In this document: piece by piece, positions 21,373 to 31,742 of the stretch
How the letters are laid out: each line of letters starts with the position of its first letter
How positions within the stretch are numbered: the stretch's first letter is position 1
Origin: Cryobacterium sp.
Lineage (GTDB): Bacteria; Actinomycetota; Actinomycetes; Actinomycetales; Microbacteriaceae
Direction of reading: 5' to 3'
NCBI GenBank assembly: GCA_019638975.1
Contig: JAHBST010000002.1
Location: forward strand, 201 to 64,200
DNA length: 64,000 nucleotides
Position numbers and translations under genes: made by a program
Notes under the pieces: model-generated
The model's database searches: none
Told to the model about the DNA's origin: nothing
The model's input: only the letters and a program-made list of their open reading frames with translations

Positions 21373-22578
21373 ACCGAACGCGACCGGGTCGAGTTCGCGA
21401 TAGTCCTTCCACTCGGTCAGGAGGATGACGAGTTCGCTGCCTTTTGCGGCTTCCTCGGCCGAACGCGCATACGAGAGATCGGGATAGTTTCGCGTCGCAT
21501 TCTCGATCGCCTCGGGGTCGGTGCTGACGACGACCGCGTGAAGTGCCGCGAGGCGATTCGCGATGTCGAGCGCGGGCGAATCCCGGATGTCGTCGGAGTC
21601 GGGCTTGAACGCAAGACCCAGCACGGCGATCCGCTTGCCTGCGACGCTGCCGCCGAGAACCTGAGCCGCGAGTTCGACGACGCGCTCCCGTCGGCGGAGG
21701 TTGATCGAATCCACTTCGCGCAGGAACGCGAGGCTCTCGCCGATGCCGAGCTCCTCGGCGCGCGCCCGGAACGCCCGGATGTCTTTGGGCAGGCATCCGC
21801 CGCCGAAACCGACGCCCGCATTCAAGAAGCGGCGGCCGATACGGACGTCGTGTCCGATGGCATCCGCGAGTTGCGTGACGTCGGCGCCCGTCGCTTCGGC
21901 GATTTCGGCCATCGCGTTGATGAAAGAAATCTTGGTCGCGAGGAACGCATTCGCGGAAACCTTCACGAGTTCCGCTGTCGCGAAATCGGTCACGATCCTC
22001 GGCGTTCCGGCCGCGAGGATCGAGGCATAGACCTCGTCGAGCAAGGTCGTCGCCGTTTCGTCGCCCGACGCGATTCCGTACACGAGCCGATCGGGAGCAA
22101 GCGTGTCTTTGACCGCGAATCCTTCTCGCAGGAATTCCGGATTCCACGCGACGTTCGTACCCGGCGCGCTCTTCGCCACGAGCGCCGCGAGCCGCGCGGC
22201 CGTCCCTACGGGCACGGTCGACTTTCCGACAACGAGGTCGCCGGGATGAAGCCACGGCACGAGCGCCTCAATTGATGCGTCCACGAACCGCATGTCCGCC
22301 GAGTCGCTGCCTTCGCGCTGCGGCGTGCCCACGGTGATGAAGTGCAATCGCGCGCCTTCCACGTCCGCCATCTCGGTCGTAAACCTGAGGCGTCCCGACG
22401 CGATCCCCGACGCGACGAGATCGTTGAGATCCGGCTCGAAAAACGGTGCGCGACCCGAATTGAGCATCTCGACTTTCGACTCGTCAACATCGACGCCGAC
22501 GACGTCGTGACCGAGTTCGGCCATCGCGGCCGCGTGAACTGCGCCGAGGTACCCGCAGCCGATGACGGAAATTTTCAT
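21271..22578 (-). CDS. ugd: UDP-glucose/GDP-mannose 6-dehydrogenase
   Basis: VIGCGYLG, KSTVPVGT, WNPEFLREG, GFGGGCLPKD, GLAFKPDSDDIRDSP. Confidence 0.94.
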   Translation of the reverse strand: MKISVIGCGYLGAVHAAAMAELGHDVVGVDVDESKVEMLNSGRAPFFEPDLNDLVASGIASGRLRFTTEMADVEGARLHFITVGTPQREGSDSADMRFVDASIEALVPWLHPGDLVVGKSTVPVGTAARLAALVAKSAPGTNVAWNPEFLREGFAVKDTLAPDRLVYGIASGDETATTLLDEVYASILAAGTPRIVTDFATAELVKVSANAFLATKISFINAMAEIAEATGADVTQLADAIGHDVRIGRRFLNAGVGFGGGCLPKDIRAFRARAEELGIGESLAFLREVDSINLRRRERVVELAAQVLGGSVAGKRIAVLGLAFKPDSDDIRDSPALDIANRLAALHAVVVSTDPEAIENATRNYPDLSYARSAEEAAKGSELVILLTEWKDYRELDPVAFGSIVADRAIIDGRNCLDSVRWREAGWEYRSLGRP

Positions 22579-22609
22579 AACGAAAGCACACTACCCGAGC
22601 GGGGTGCTG

Positions 22610-23161
22610 TCACCGTTCGCCCCACACGATCGTCTCGTCCGGCGGGCTGGACGCCGCCGCCTGGCGTCGCGCGGCGATCGGGTTGATGCTGCGTTCCATG
22701 AGGTCGTGCAGGGCCCCCTGAACGAGGTCGGCGTTCGGGACATCCTTCAGCACGACGGGATGATCGAGGCCCGTATTGATGCGGACATCGCCGCTGCCGA
22801 ACATGCTCTGGAGCGCATTCTTCCGCACCGTGATGTCATATCCGCGACTGTGGAGGAGCTCCTGCCGGACGCGCACGAAGAATCCGCGGCGGAGGACGAT
22901 CCTGCGGGTCGTGATCGTGTATCGCCGCCCGAGCCAATTCAGCAAGGGCAAGAACCAGAGGAGAAAAATGACGAGCGCTCCCGCGATGAGAACCGTCAGA
23001 TTTTGCCACGATTCGGCGAATCGACCGTAGAGGTAGGCCATCCCGCCCACTCCGCCGATCAGCACGAGAGACGGCCAGAATAGCGCGCGCCCGTGCGAGC
23101 GCAGGCTGGCGACGAGATGTTCCGCTTCTTGCGCCGCCCCTGTCGGACCCGGACTGGTCAT
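22610..23161 (-). CDS. Membrane-anchored bacterial PH-domain protein
   Basis: Two TMs then RYTITTRR...QSMFGSGDV; usual position downstream of birA in actinobacteria. Confidence 0.82.
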   Translation of the reverse strand: MTSPGPTGAAQEAEHLVASLRSHGRALFWPSLVLIGGVGGMAYLYGRFAESWQNLTVLIAGALVIFLLWFLPLLNWLGRRYTITTRRIVLRRGFFVRVRQELLHSRGYDITVRKNALQSMFGSGDVRINTGLDHPVVLKDVPNADLVQGALHDLMERSINPIAARRQAAASSPPDETIVWGER

Positions 23162-23164
23162 GAA

Positions 23165-23959
23165 TCATTCATACCGTAGATGCGTGACGTCGCCCGCGGC
23201 GACAGTCTGCGAGCGCCCGTTCGAACCGATACCGATACGCAGCCTGCCCGAGTCGTCGAAGCCGAGGGCACGACCGTGCAGTGCCGAACCGTCCGGCAGG
23301 TCGACGCGAACCTCTCGCCCCAGAGTGCTGCACGCGTCGCTCACGTGCGCGCGAAGCTCGGCAACTGCTTTGCCCGCATCCGCCGAGGTGAAGGCGCCCC
23401 ACAGCTCCTTCAGGTCACCGAGGTATTCCGCGAGCGCGCGATCGGCGAGCGCTCCGTCCGGATTCGCGACGTCGGCGATGAGCAGCGACGTCGCGGTCGG
23501 TACGGGAAGCTCTTGTTCGGAAATCGTGAGGTTGAGGCCGGTTCCGACGGCGATCGAGTTGCCGTCGGGAAGCAGTTCGGAGAGCACGCCGCACACCTTC
23601 CGCCCATCGATGAGCACGTCGTTGGGCCACTTGAGTCCGACTTCGCGCGCGGGCACAAGCCGGCGGACTGCGCGCGTCATCGCAAGCCCCGCGAGCAAGG
23701 GAATCCAGCCGTATCGCTCTCGTTCCAGTTGCGCGTCGTGAGGGCGGAGAAGAACGGATGCCGCGAGCGAGGTTCCAGCGGGCGCCGCCCACGTCCGACC
23801 GAGCCGCCCGCGACCAGCTCTTTGCGAGGTCGTTGCGATGACCGTGAATTCCGGCAACGGCTCCGACGCGGCGAGGCTGCGAAGATCGTCGTTCGTCGAA
23901 TCGGTTTCGTCGAGCGCGACGAAACGTGCTGCGGTCGCGGCGCTGAGCGGAAACTCCAT
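23165..23959 (-). CDS. birA: Biotin--[acetyl-CoA carboxylase] ligase
   Basis: DSTN, QRAGRGRLGRTW, LKWPNDV, KVCGVLSE, AGDVTHLR. Confidence 0.96.
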   Translation of the reverse strand: MEFPLSAATAARFVALDETDSTNDDLRSLAASEPLPEFTVIATTSQRAGRGRLGRTWAAPAGTSLAASVLLRPHDAQLERERYGWIPLLAGLAMTRAVRRLVPAREVGLKWPNDVLIDGRKVCGVLSELLPDGNSIAVGTGLNLTISEQELPVPTATSLLIADVANPDGALADRALAEYLGDLKELWGAFTSADAGKAVAELRAHVSDACSTLGREVRVDLPDGSALHGRALGFDDSGRLRIGIGSNGRSQTVAAGDVTHLRYE

Positions 23960-24016
23960 GCCCCAAGGCTACGGTCCCGTTCCCACAGCTCGTAGACGAG
24001 CCGCGCAAAAAGCCGC

Positions 24017-24263
24017 TAGCCTGTGACCCAGCGGAGGCGATGTCGCCCCGTTGTCAGGAAGAGATGGAGCCGGATTGCCTGGATAGGTCGACGCCGCGCG
24101 AGCGGTGCGCTGCACGTCGCAGTCTGCGCCCCTCGATCTTGTGGCCGAGACCCTTAACCCCGCCCGACCGTCGAGCTTTCGCGGCCGAACCAGGTGGAGC
24201 TGAGCAACCCGTCCACGGTCAGTGACGATGTTCGACCCGCCGCCACCGACAAGGAAAACTCCC
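24017..24263 (+). promoter_or_regulatory. Putative promoter (-10 TAGCCT) and ~240-nt structured 5' leader of the nucleoside hydrolase-ECF operon
   Basis: TAGCCT at 24017-24022; CGCCGC-GCGA-GCGGTG GNRA hairpin at 24092-24107; alternative pairings at 24166-24220; no convincing ORF. Confidence 0.4.
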
Positions 24264-25292
24264 ATGACTCAACCGATCATCATGGATGTCGACACCGGCA
24301 TCGATGACTCCCTCGCCTTGCTCTACCTCCTTGCGAGTCCCGAGGCGGAAATTCTCGCCATCACGTGCACCTCGGGAAATGTGCCGGCGAAGCAAGTCGC
24401 AACGAACAATCTCGCGTGGCTCGAGTTGTGCGGTTCACCCCAGATCGAAGTGGCCCTCGGTTCCGAGGTCCCCGTGCTCGCTCCCCTCATGACCACGGAG
24501 GAAACCCACGGGCCACAAGGGATCGGTTATGCCGAGTTGCCCGCACCGTCAAGGAAACTCTCGACACGGCATGCCACGGAAGTGTGGATCGAGCTCGCGC
24601 GCAGCCGTCCGGGCGAGATCGTCGGCCTCGTGACGGGTCCACTGACGAACCTCGCACTCGCGCTTCGCATCGAGCCGGGACTTCCTCGCCTGCTCAAGCG
24701 GCTCGTCATCATGGGGGGCGCCTTCAATCACGCGGGCAACACTCTCCCGACGACCGAATGGAACATCGCGGTCGACCCCGAATCGGCCAAGATGGTTTTC
24801 GATGCCTTTTCCGGATTGCCCGCCGACCGGCGTCCCATCGTGTGCGCGCTCGACGTGACCGAGCAAATCGAGATGAAGCCCGAGCATGTCGCCGAGATCG
24901 GCCGCCGCGCGGGCAGCACGCCGGATGAGATCATCGCCGAAGCGGATGTCGACGGCACGCTTTCGAAGGCATCGAACCAGGTCGTTCGCTACCTCACCGA
25001 CGCGGTTCGCTTCTACATGGAGTTCCACGTGGCGCACGACCAGGGTTTCCTCGCGCACATGCACGACCCGTTCGCGGCGGCCATCGCCATCCATCCGGAA
25101 CTGGGAACGACGCGTCCGGCAACGGTCGATGTCGAATTGGCCGGTTCCCTCACGCGCGGGCAGACTGTCGCGGACTGGCGCGGCATGTGGGGAAGAGAAC
25201 CCAATGCCGATATCGTCGTCGCCGTCGACCCGCCCGCATTCTTCGACCACCTCGTCGAAAGGGTCAGTGACTTCGCCCGGCGAGTCGGCTGA
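24264..25292 (+). CDS. Nucleoside hydrolase (IUNH family)
   Basis: MDVDTGIDD, ETHGPQGIG, TGPLTNLA, IMGGAF, EWNIAVDPE, HMHDP; AAGGAA SD before ATG 24264. Confidence 0.94.
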   Translation: MTQPIIMDVDTGIDDSLALLYLLASPEAEILAITCTSGNVPAKQVATNNLAWLELCGSPQIEVALGSEVPVLAPLMTTEETHGPQGIGYAELPAPSRKLSTRHATEVWIELARSRPGEIVGLVTGPLTNLALALRIEPGLPRLLKRLVIMGGAFNHAGNTLPTTEWNIAVDPESAKMVFDAFSGLPADRRPIVCALDVTEQIEMKPEHVAEIGRRAGSTPDEIIAEADVDGTLSKASNQVVRYLTDAVRFYMEFHVAHDQGFLAHMHDPFAAAIAIHPELGTTRPATVDVELAGSLTRGQTVADWRGMWGREPNADIVVAVDPPAFFDHLVERVSDFARRVG

Positions 25293-25348
25293 CCGGCAGT
25301 ACCCCCGTTAGATGCCCAGTTGTACCAACCCCAATGAAGGAGAAAGTC

Positions 25349-26191
25349 ATGAGTAGCACTGCAACAACTCCGGCTGATTCGAAGAAGACGAGAAATCGCA
25401 TCTTCATAGCGGTCGGAACCATCATCATCGTCGCAACCTACCTCTACCTGGTCGTCGGTCAGCCGACGGATATCGCGGCGAGCTCATTCAGCCAGTCCGG
25501 CCTCATCGCGATCGCCGGATACGTGATCGGCGCGATCCTGCTCGCGGTGGGTGCTATCCACCGCCTGCCCACGGCGACCGTCGCGATGGTTCCAGTGGCG
25601 ATCGCCCTCAACATCGTCGTCGGGCAACTCGTCTCCGTCATCGGCATCCCGGTGTATCTGGACTCGATCGGCACGGTGCTCGTGTCGGCGCTCGCCGGCC
25701 CCGCCGCCGGTGTCGTCACCGGTATCCTCACGAACGTGATCTGGGGACTCACTCTGAGCCCGATCGCGTTGCCGTACGCCGTCGTTCAAGTCGTCATCGG
25801 CGTCATGGCCGGATACGCGGCACGCCTCGGCATGTTCCGTTTGTTCTACCTCGCGCCCGTTGCCGGCGCCGTCACGGGATTCGTGTCGGCGATCGTTTCC
25901 GCCCCGATCTCCGCGTTCGTCTTCGGTGGCGCGACGGGCGGTGGTACCGGCGCGATAGTCGGAGCGTTCCAGGCGATGGGCAATTCGCTCCTCGCCTCGA
26001 CGACGCTGCAGGGGCTACTGTCGGATCCGCTGGACAAGGCGATCGTGTTCACGATCGTCGTCCTCATCCTTGCCGCGCTGCCGAGCAGGTTCCGCCAGCG
26101 GTTCCCGTTCATGCGCCAGTACAACGTGTTTGGCCGCAAAGCACCCGTGCTGAAGGATGCCACGGCCGCCGCTCCGACCGTCGAAAGCTAG
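25349..26191 (+). CDS. ECF transporter substrate-binding (S) component, QrtT-like
   Basis: VAIALNIV...IPVYLDSIGTVL...AGP, highly hydrophobic, LLSDPLDK; followed by T and two A components. Confidence 0.82.
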   Translation: MSSTATTPADSKKTRNRIFIAVGTIIIVATYLYLVVGQPTDIAASSFSQSGLIAIAGYVIGAILLAVGAIHRLPTATVAMVPVAIALNIVVGQLVSVIGIPVYLDSIGTVLVSALAGPAAGVVTGILTNVIWGLTLSPIALPYAVVQVVIGVMAGYAARLGMFRLFYLAPVAGAVTGFVSAIVSAPISAFVFGGATGGGTGAIVGAFQAMGNSLLASTTLQGLLSDPLDKAIVFTIVVLILAALPSRFRQRFPFMRQYNVFGRKAPVLKDATAAAPTVES

Positions 26192-26197
26192 GAATCG

Positions 26198-26977
26198 ATG
26201 TCGACGACGCTGTTTGACAACCGGAAGTCGGTCATCCACCGGCTGAACCCTGTGACGAAACTCATCGCCTTGCTCGCGATCATCGTCATCGTGTTCGCGA
26301 TCCCCTTGTGGTGGGTCGCCGGAATCATCATCGTCGTCATCGTCGTGCCTGCCGCCGTGATCTCCGGGTCCGGCGGCAGGCTCCTCAAGCTCAGCTTGCG
26401 AATACTCTTGCCCATCCTTCTCGTCCTGTTCATCGTCCAGGGGCTCACGTTCCCCGGGGGAACGACGGTCATTTGGCAGTGGGGGATCATCGACATCACC
26501 TCGGAAGGCCTGCTTTTCGCGCTCGGCGTCGGATCGCGCATCGTCGTGCTCGTGCTCGCATCCATGCTGCTCGTGCTCACGACTCATCCGGGCGACCTCA
26601 TGAGCGCGCTCAGCGAACGCGGGATGTCGCCGAAATTCGCCTACATCATCAGTTCGACCCTGCAGCTCATCCCGGCATTCCGGGTGAGGGCCGACAGCAT
26701 CCTGCTCGCTCAACAAGCGCGGGGCCTGAGCCTCAAGGGTTCGCCGTTCCGCCGGATCAAGATCATGCTTCCGCTGCTCAGCCCGCTCGTGCTCGGGATG
26801 TTCACCGACGTCGAGGAGCGATCGACAGCCATGGAGGCGAGGGCTTTCGGGTCCACGGCCAAACGCACCGCGCTCATTCCCGTACCCGACAGCACGGTGC
26901 AGAACGTGTCGCGCTGGGTGCTCATCGTTCTCGCTCTTGCCGCCGTTGCCACTCCGATAGTTTTGGGACTCCTGTGA
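26198..26977 (+). CDS. ECF transporter transmembrane T component
   Basis: HRLNPVTKL, AQQARG and AMEARAF conserved Arg motifs. Confidence 0.92.
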   Translation: MSTTLFDNRKSVIHRLNPVTKLIALLAIIVIVFAIPLWWVAGIIIVVIVVPAAVISGSGGRLLKLSLRILLPILLVLFIVQGLTFPGGTTVIWQWGIIDITSEGLLFALGVGSRIVVLVLASMLLVLTTHPGDLMSALSERGMSPKFAYIISSTLQLIPAFRVRADSILLAQQARGLSLKGSPFRRIKIMLPLLSPLVLGMFTDVEERSTAMEARAFGSTAKRTALIPVPDSTVQNVSRWVLIVLALAAVATPIVLGLL

Positions 26978-27831
26978 TCGATCTCGCTGACGTTTCTTAT
27001 GCCTACCCCGACACCGATCACTACGTTCTCTCCCACGTCAACCTGAAAGTCGAGCCCGGCACCGTGACCGGCATCGTCGGCGCATCCGGCTCGGGCAAAA
27101 CCACGCTCGCGAAAATCATTTCGGGTTTCATCCCCCACGTCGACGGAGGGGAACTGAGCGGCAGCGTGGTCGTCGACGGTGCGACGATCGCTGACGTAAC
27201 CCTGTCCGAGGCTGTTTCGCACGTCGGCCTCGTCATTCAGAGTCCGTTCAACCAGATTTCGGGCGCGAAATTCACCGTTCGGGAAGAACTCGCGTTCGGC
27301 CTCGAGAACCTCGGCGTCGCGCGAGAAGAAATGGCGGAACGCGTGACCGCCGTCGCGGAGCTGCTCGGGATTACCGGTCTGCTGGAGCGCTCGCCCTACG
27401 CGCTCTCGGGGGGCCAGCAGCAACTTGTCGCGATCGCCTCCATGATCATCATGAACACGCCCGTGCTCGTGATGGACGAACCCACATCGCAATTGGATCC
27501 GGGAGGCACTCGCATGGTGTTCGACGTCATGTCGAGTCTGAGGGACGCCGGAATCACGCTCGTCGTCTTCGAACACAAACTCGAGCTCTTGCGCGAGCAC
27601 GCCGACATCGTGCATGTTCTCGCGGAGAGCCAGCTCATCGCATCCGGTCCATCCCGAGCGATGCTCGCCGACCCGCGGCTGGAGAAGTGGGGCATTGGTT
27701 CGACTCGCTTTACGGCAGCCGCCGCGGCAGCGCGCGACCGCAAGCTCTTGTCCAAGGATGCCGAGTTGCCGGTGTCGCTGACCGATGCGGTGCCCGAGTT
27801 CCGCGCGTTCGCCGCGAAGAAGGGGGCCTGA
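26974..27831 (+). CDS. ECF transporter ATPase A1
   Basis: GASGSGKTT, LSGGQQQ, VMDEPT; GTGA overlap with the T component. Confidence 0.92.
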   Translation: MIDLADVSYAYPDTDHYVLSHVNLKVEPGTVTGIVGASGSGKTTLAKIISGFIPHVDGGELSGSVVVDGATIADVTLSEAVSHVGLVIQSPFNQISGAKFTVREELAFGLENLGVAREEMAERVTAVAELLGITGLLERSPYALSGGQQQLVAIASMIIMNTPVLVMDEPTSQLDPGGTRMVFDVMSSLRDAGITLVVFEHKLELLREHADIVHVLAESQLIASGPSRAMLADPRLEKWGIGSTRFTAAAAAARDRKLLSKDAELPVSLTDAVPEFRAFAAKKGA

Positions 27832-27832
27832 C

Positions 27833-28639
27833 GTGGACGTGAGTTTCGACGGAGTCCGCTACACCTACCCCGGCGGCGTCGAGGCTGTGAAGGGAGTGAC
27901 TCTCGCCATTCCGTCGGGACAGCGATTCGCGATCGTCGGCCAGAACGGGGCGGGGAAAACGACTCTCGTTCGGCACCTGAACGGTATCTTCCAGCCCACG
28001 GAGGGCACCGTGCACGTGGGCGACTGGACGACGACCGGCCACACGATCGCCGAGCTTTCCGCGAAAGTCGGTTACGTCTTCCAGAATCCGGACGAACAGC
28101 TTTTCGCGAGAAGGGTGATCGACGACGTCGCCTTCGGGCCGCGAAATCTCGGTTTCGACCTGGACCGGGCGGAAGCCCTCGTGGCCGCAGCCCTCGAACA
28201 GACGGGACTCTCGGCCGAAGCGGAGACGCATCCGCACCACTTGTCGCTGTCCGAGCGCAAGCGCGTCGCGCTCGCGGCCGTCCTCGCCATGGACACCCCG
28301 ATCGTCGTGCTCGACGAACCGACGACCGGTCAGGATGAACGAGGCGTTCGGATGATCGCGACGATCGTGGAAAAGCTGCAATCGGAGGGCCGAACCGTCA
28401 TCGCGATCACGCACGACATGGACTTCTGCGCGGAGAACTTCGAGCGCACGGTCGTCATGGCTCAAGGCGAGGTTCTCGCCGATGGCGCTCCTTCCGAGGT
28501 GTTCATCCAGGATGCCGTGCTCGAGAAGGCCCGAGTCGAGGCGCCGCAACTCGCTCGGCTCGCGGACGCTCTCGGCTGGGCATCCCGACCGCTCACAGTC
28601 GACTCGTTCGTGGACTCGTTGCCGGCCCACCGCCGATGA
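27833..28639 (+). CDS. ECF transporter ATPase A2
   Basis: GQNGAGKTT, FQNPDEQ, VLDEPTTGQD, ITHD. Confidence 0.92.
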   Translation: MDVSFDGVRYTYPGGVEAVKGVTLAIPSGQRFAIVGQNGAGKTTLVRHLNGIFQPTEGTVHVGDWTTTGHTIAELSAKVGYVFQNPDEQLFARRVIDDVAFGPRNLGFDLDRAEALVAAALEQTGLSAEAETHPHHLSLSERKRVALAAVLAMDTPIVVLDEPTTGQDERGVRMIATIVEKLQSEGRTVIAITHDMDFCAENFERTVVMAQGEVLADGAPSEVFIQDAVLEKARVEAPQLARLADALGWASRPLTVDSFVDSLPAHRR

Positions 28640-29487
28640 TCGGCGGCGCGATCCTGGCGCTCCTGGCCAGCGCATTCCTCGGAGTGTCAGATTTCCTCGG
28701 CGGCCTGCTCTCGCGCAAAGTGCCGCTCATCACCGTGTTGCTGCTGTCCCAACTCGTCGCCACGGTCGCGATTCTGCCGCGGATGCTGTGGGAGTCGCCC
28801 GCCGTCAACGCCGGCCCCGCCTTGTTGTGGGGCGTCATCGGCGGTGTCGCCACCGCGATCGCCGTGTCGAGCCTGTTCAAGGCTCTCGCGATCGGGACCA
28901 TGGGGATCGTCGCGCCGATCACGTCCTTGAGCGTTCTCGTCCCGGTGATCGTCGGACTCGCCACCGGCGATCGCTTGAGTTGGATCCTCGCTGCGGGGCT
29001 CGTCGTGGCGATCGTCGGGACCGTGCTCGCGAGCGGCCCGGAAGTGCGGACACATACGGCGGGCCACGGACCGAAATCCATCGTCCTCGCCATCGTCGCG
29101 GCGATCGGATTCGGCGTCTCGAATCTTTCGGTGGCGCTCGGCAGCGCATTCAACGTCACGACGACCCTCGTATCGAACACTCTCGTGGTCCTCGTGATTT
29201 ACGGCATCGGAGCGGTCGTGCTCCGCCAGGTCCCGCGCGCGCGCGGCCGCAGCCTCATCGGGATCGTGGCCATCGGCATTCTCGGGATATCCGCAAACCT
29301 GTGTTTCGCCCTCGCGAGCACGGTCGCGCCGCTCACGATCGTCGCAGTGCTCGCGTCCCTCTATCCCGTCATCACCGTTTTGCTCGGCTGGCGAGTGCTC
29401 GGCGAGCACGTGAAACGCATGCAGCTTCTCGGTGTGATTGCCGTTTTCGCTGGAGTCGCCGCCATCGCAGCGTCCACCGGACGGTAA
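28636..29487 (+). CDS. EamA/DMT family transporter
   Basis: About 10 TMs in two repeats, [28 protein letters not shown]. Confidence 0.88.
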   Translation: MIGGAILALLASAFLGVSDFLGGLLSRKVPLITVLLLSQLVATVAILPRMLWESPAVNAGPALLWGVIGGVATAIAVSSLFKALAIGTMGIVAPITSLSVLVPVIVGLATGDRLSWILAAGLVVAIVGTVLASGPEVRTHTAGHGPKSIVLAIVAAIGFGVSNLSVALGSAFNVTTTLVSNTLVVLVIYGIGAVVLRQVPRARGRSLIGIVAIGILGISANLCFALASTVAPLTIVAVLASLYPVITVLLGWRVLGEHVKRMQLLGVIAVFAGVAAIAASTGR

Positions 29488-29497
29488 AGTGACAGGC

Positions 29498-31099
29498 GTG
29501 AGCGCCGACGACACGACAGAACCCGACCTCTATACGACCGCGGGAAAACTCGCCGATCTCAAGCGTCGCTACCACGAGGCAGTGACGGCGAGCGGTGAGT
29601 CCGCGATCGAGAAGCAACACAAGCGCGGCAAGAAGACCGCGCGCGAGCGCATCGAACAATTGCTCGATCATGGCTCCTTCGTCGAACTTGACGAGTTCGT
29701 CCGTCACCGCACCCATGCTTTCGGCATGGACAAGTCGAGGCCGTACGGCGACTCCGTCGTAACCGGCACGGGCACGATCCACGGCCGCCAGGTGGCCGTC
29801 TACGCCCAGGACTTCACGATCTTCGGCGGTTCGCTCGGCGAAGTCGCAGGCGAAAAGATCATCAAGGTCATGGAACTGGCGCTGAAGACCGGCGTCCCCA
29901 TCATCGGAATGCTGGATTCGGGCGGCGCCCGCATCCAGGAGGGCGTCGTGGCGCTCGGCAAGTACGGCGAGATCTTCCGCCTCAACACGCGAGCATCTGG
30001 CGTCATCCCGCAAATCTCCATCATCATGGGCCCCGCAGCGGGCGGCGCTGTGTACTCCCCCGCACTCACCGACTTCGTGATCATGGTCGACAAGACGAGT
30101 CAGATGTTCGTGACGGGGCCGGACGTCATCAAGACCGTCACCGGCGAAGACGTCGGCATGGAGGAGCTCGGCGGCGCCCTCACCCACAACCAGAAGTCCG
30201 GCGTCGCGCACTACCTCGCCGCGGACGAGGATGACGCCCTCGATTATGCGCGCACGCTGTTGTCCTACCTTCCCGACAACAACCTCGCCGACGTGCCCGC
30301 GTATGAAAGCGACGTCGAACTCGAGATCACGGACGACGACCGCAAACTCAACACGCTCATTCCCGATTCGCCGAACCAGCCCTACGACGTCAAGACGGTC
30401 ATCGAACACGTCGTCGACAACGGCGAGTTCCTCGAAACGCAACCGCTCTTCGCCCCGAACATCGTGGTGGGATTCGGCCGGGTCGAAGGGCGCTCGGTCG
30501 GAGTGATCGCGAATCAGCCGAACGCGATGGCCGGCACCCTCAACATCGAGGCCGGCGAGAAGGCGGCCCGGTTCGTTCGCTTTTGCGACGCCTTTTCGAT
30601 TCCCATTTTGACCCTCGTGGATGTGCCGGGCTACCTGCCGGGAACCGATCAGGAGTGGACGGGCGTCATCCGACGCGGTGCCAAACTCCTCTACGCGTAC
30701 GCGGAAGCCACGGTTCCGCTCGTCACGGTCATCACGCGCAAGGCGTACGGCGGGGCATACATCGTCATGGGTTCGAAGCAACTCGGTGCCGACCTGAACT
30801 ACGCCTGGCCCACCGCGGAGATCGCGGTCATGGGCGGTCAGGGAGCCGTGAACATCCTGTTCCGCGGCGAGATCAAGGCCGCTGAGGATGCCGGCGAGGA
30901 TGTCGCTGCCGTGCGCACGCGACTCGCGAATGAGTACACCTACAACGTCGCGAGCCCCTTCCTTGCTGCCGAACGCGGCGAACTCGACGGAGTTATCGAA
31001 CCGGCCGCGACGCGCGTCGCCGTCATCAAAGCGATGCGCGCGCTTGCGACCAAGCGAGCGAGCCTGCCTCCCAAGAAGCATGGAAACATCCCGCTGTGA
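29498..31099 (+). CDS. pccB: Acyl-CoA carboxylase carboxyltransferase beta subunit (AccD5/PccB type)
   Basis: [48 protein letters not shown]; TAAAGT 7 nt upstream. Confidence 0.93.
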   Translation: MSADDTTEPDLYTTAGKLADLKRRYHEAVTASGESAIEKQHKRGKKTARERIEQLLDHGSFVELDEFVRHRTHAFGMDKSRPYGDSVVTGTGTIHGRQVAVYAQDFTIFGGSLGEVAGEKIIKVMELALKTGVPIIGMLDSGGARIQEGVVALGKYGEIFRLNTRASGVIPQISIIMGPAAGGAVYSPALTDFVIMVDKTSQMFVTGPDVIKTVTGEDVGMEELGGALTHNQKSGVAHYLAADEDDALDYARTLLSYLPDNNLADVPAYESDVELEITDDDRKLNTLIPDSPNQPYDVKTVIEHVVDNGEFLETQPLFAPNIVVGFGRVEGRSVGVIANQPNAMAGTLNIEAGEKAARFVRFCDAFSIPILTLVDVPGYLPGTDQEWTGVIRRGAKLLYAYAEATVPLVTVITRKAYGGAYIVMGSKQLGADLNYAWPTAEIAVMGGQGAVNILFRGEIKAAEDAGEDVAAVRTRLANEYTYNVASPFLAAERGELDGVIEPAATRVAVIKAMRALATKRASLPPKKHGNIPL

Positions 31100-31308
31100 C
31101 GGATGAAGCGGAGATCAGGGTCGTCCGGGGCAACCCGACGCCCGACGAGCTCGCCGCAGTGGTCTCCGTCCTCGAGGCCATGACGGCGGAAATCGAAGGG
31201 TCTCGAGCGCGGGAAACGGCGCGAGCGGCCAGCTCGTGGAGGCTCAGCCAGCGGCCGATTCGTACCCCGATCATCCCCGGACAGACGCGATGGCGCGACT
31301 TTTCCTAG
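31096..31308 (+). CDS. accE: Acyl-CoA carboxylase epsilon subunit
   Basis: [20 protein letters not shown]...W motif; GTGA overlap with the beta subunit. Confidence 0.88.
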   Translation: MTDEAEIRVVRGNPTPDELAAVVSVLEAMTAEIEGSRARETARAASSWRLSQRPIRTPIIPGQTRWRDFS

Positions 31309-31312
31309 CGCG

Positions 31313-31580
31313 CCCCCGTTTTGGGGGTAGTCGAAACCCCTACCGAGACGGTCGAAGCGGCGAATCGGAATTCGCGGTGCTTTCCGGTCGCGACGCGCGG
31401 ATTCGTTGCGGTTCGGCACGATAACGCACGATTTCGACGGCGTGTACCCCAACCAAAGAAGTTTGCGTGCATCGCAATACCGATATACCGCCAATAATTC
31501 GGCAGGAGTAGGCAAAAGTGTCCCCCGACTGTCCCCCAAAATGACGACTTTGGGATATTCTGAACGCACCCCACAATAGG
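31313..31580. promoter_or_regulatory. Cluster of CCCCC/GGGGG boxes, putative response-regulator binding region
   Basis: CCCCCGTTTTGGGGG at 31313-31327; direct repeat TGTCCCCC at 31519 and 31530 (11-bp period); further TACCCC/ACCCC boxes. Confidence 0.5.
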
Positions 31581-31588
31581 TAGTGCTA

Positions 31589-31742
31589 GGTGTTCCTCTA
31601 ATCAGAGAAACATCACCAATCATTGGCCGACTAGGGTAAGCGGGCTAATGACTTGGGGGCGAGTCAGGGCGATATTCGGGTTATCGCCCTGACTCGAATC
31701 TTGAAGGAAGGGTCGGAGAACACTCTCCGGCCCTTCACTTTT
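31589..31742 (+). ncRNA. Candidate structured small RNA
   Basis: Four consecutive hairpins: 31589-31614 (10/11 pairs), 31620-31651 (9 pairs), 31660-31696 (15 perfect pairs), 31707-31736 followed by ACTTTT; no convincing ORF. Confidence 0.5.
31707..31742. terminator. Intrinsic terminator-like hairpin
   Basis: GAAGGGTCGGAGA-ACAC-TCTCCGGCCCTTC then ACTTTT; abuts the stop of the convergent gene at 31735. Confidence 0.65.

Noticed and set aside
24185-24225. ACCAGG...AGCAA...GTCCACGG resembling the SAM-IV 3' part
   Set aside because: The SAM-IV core elements are absent and downstream genes are not sulfur-related; kept only as an unassigned leader.
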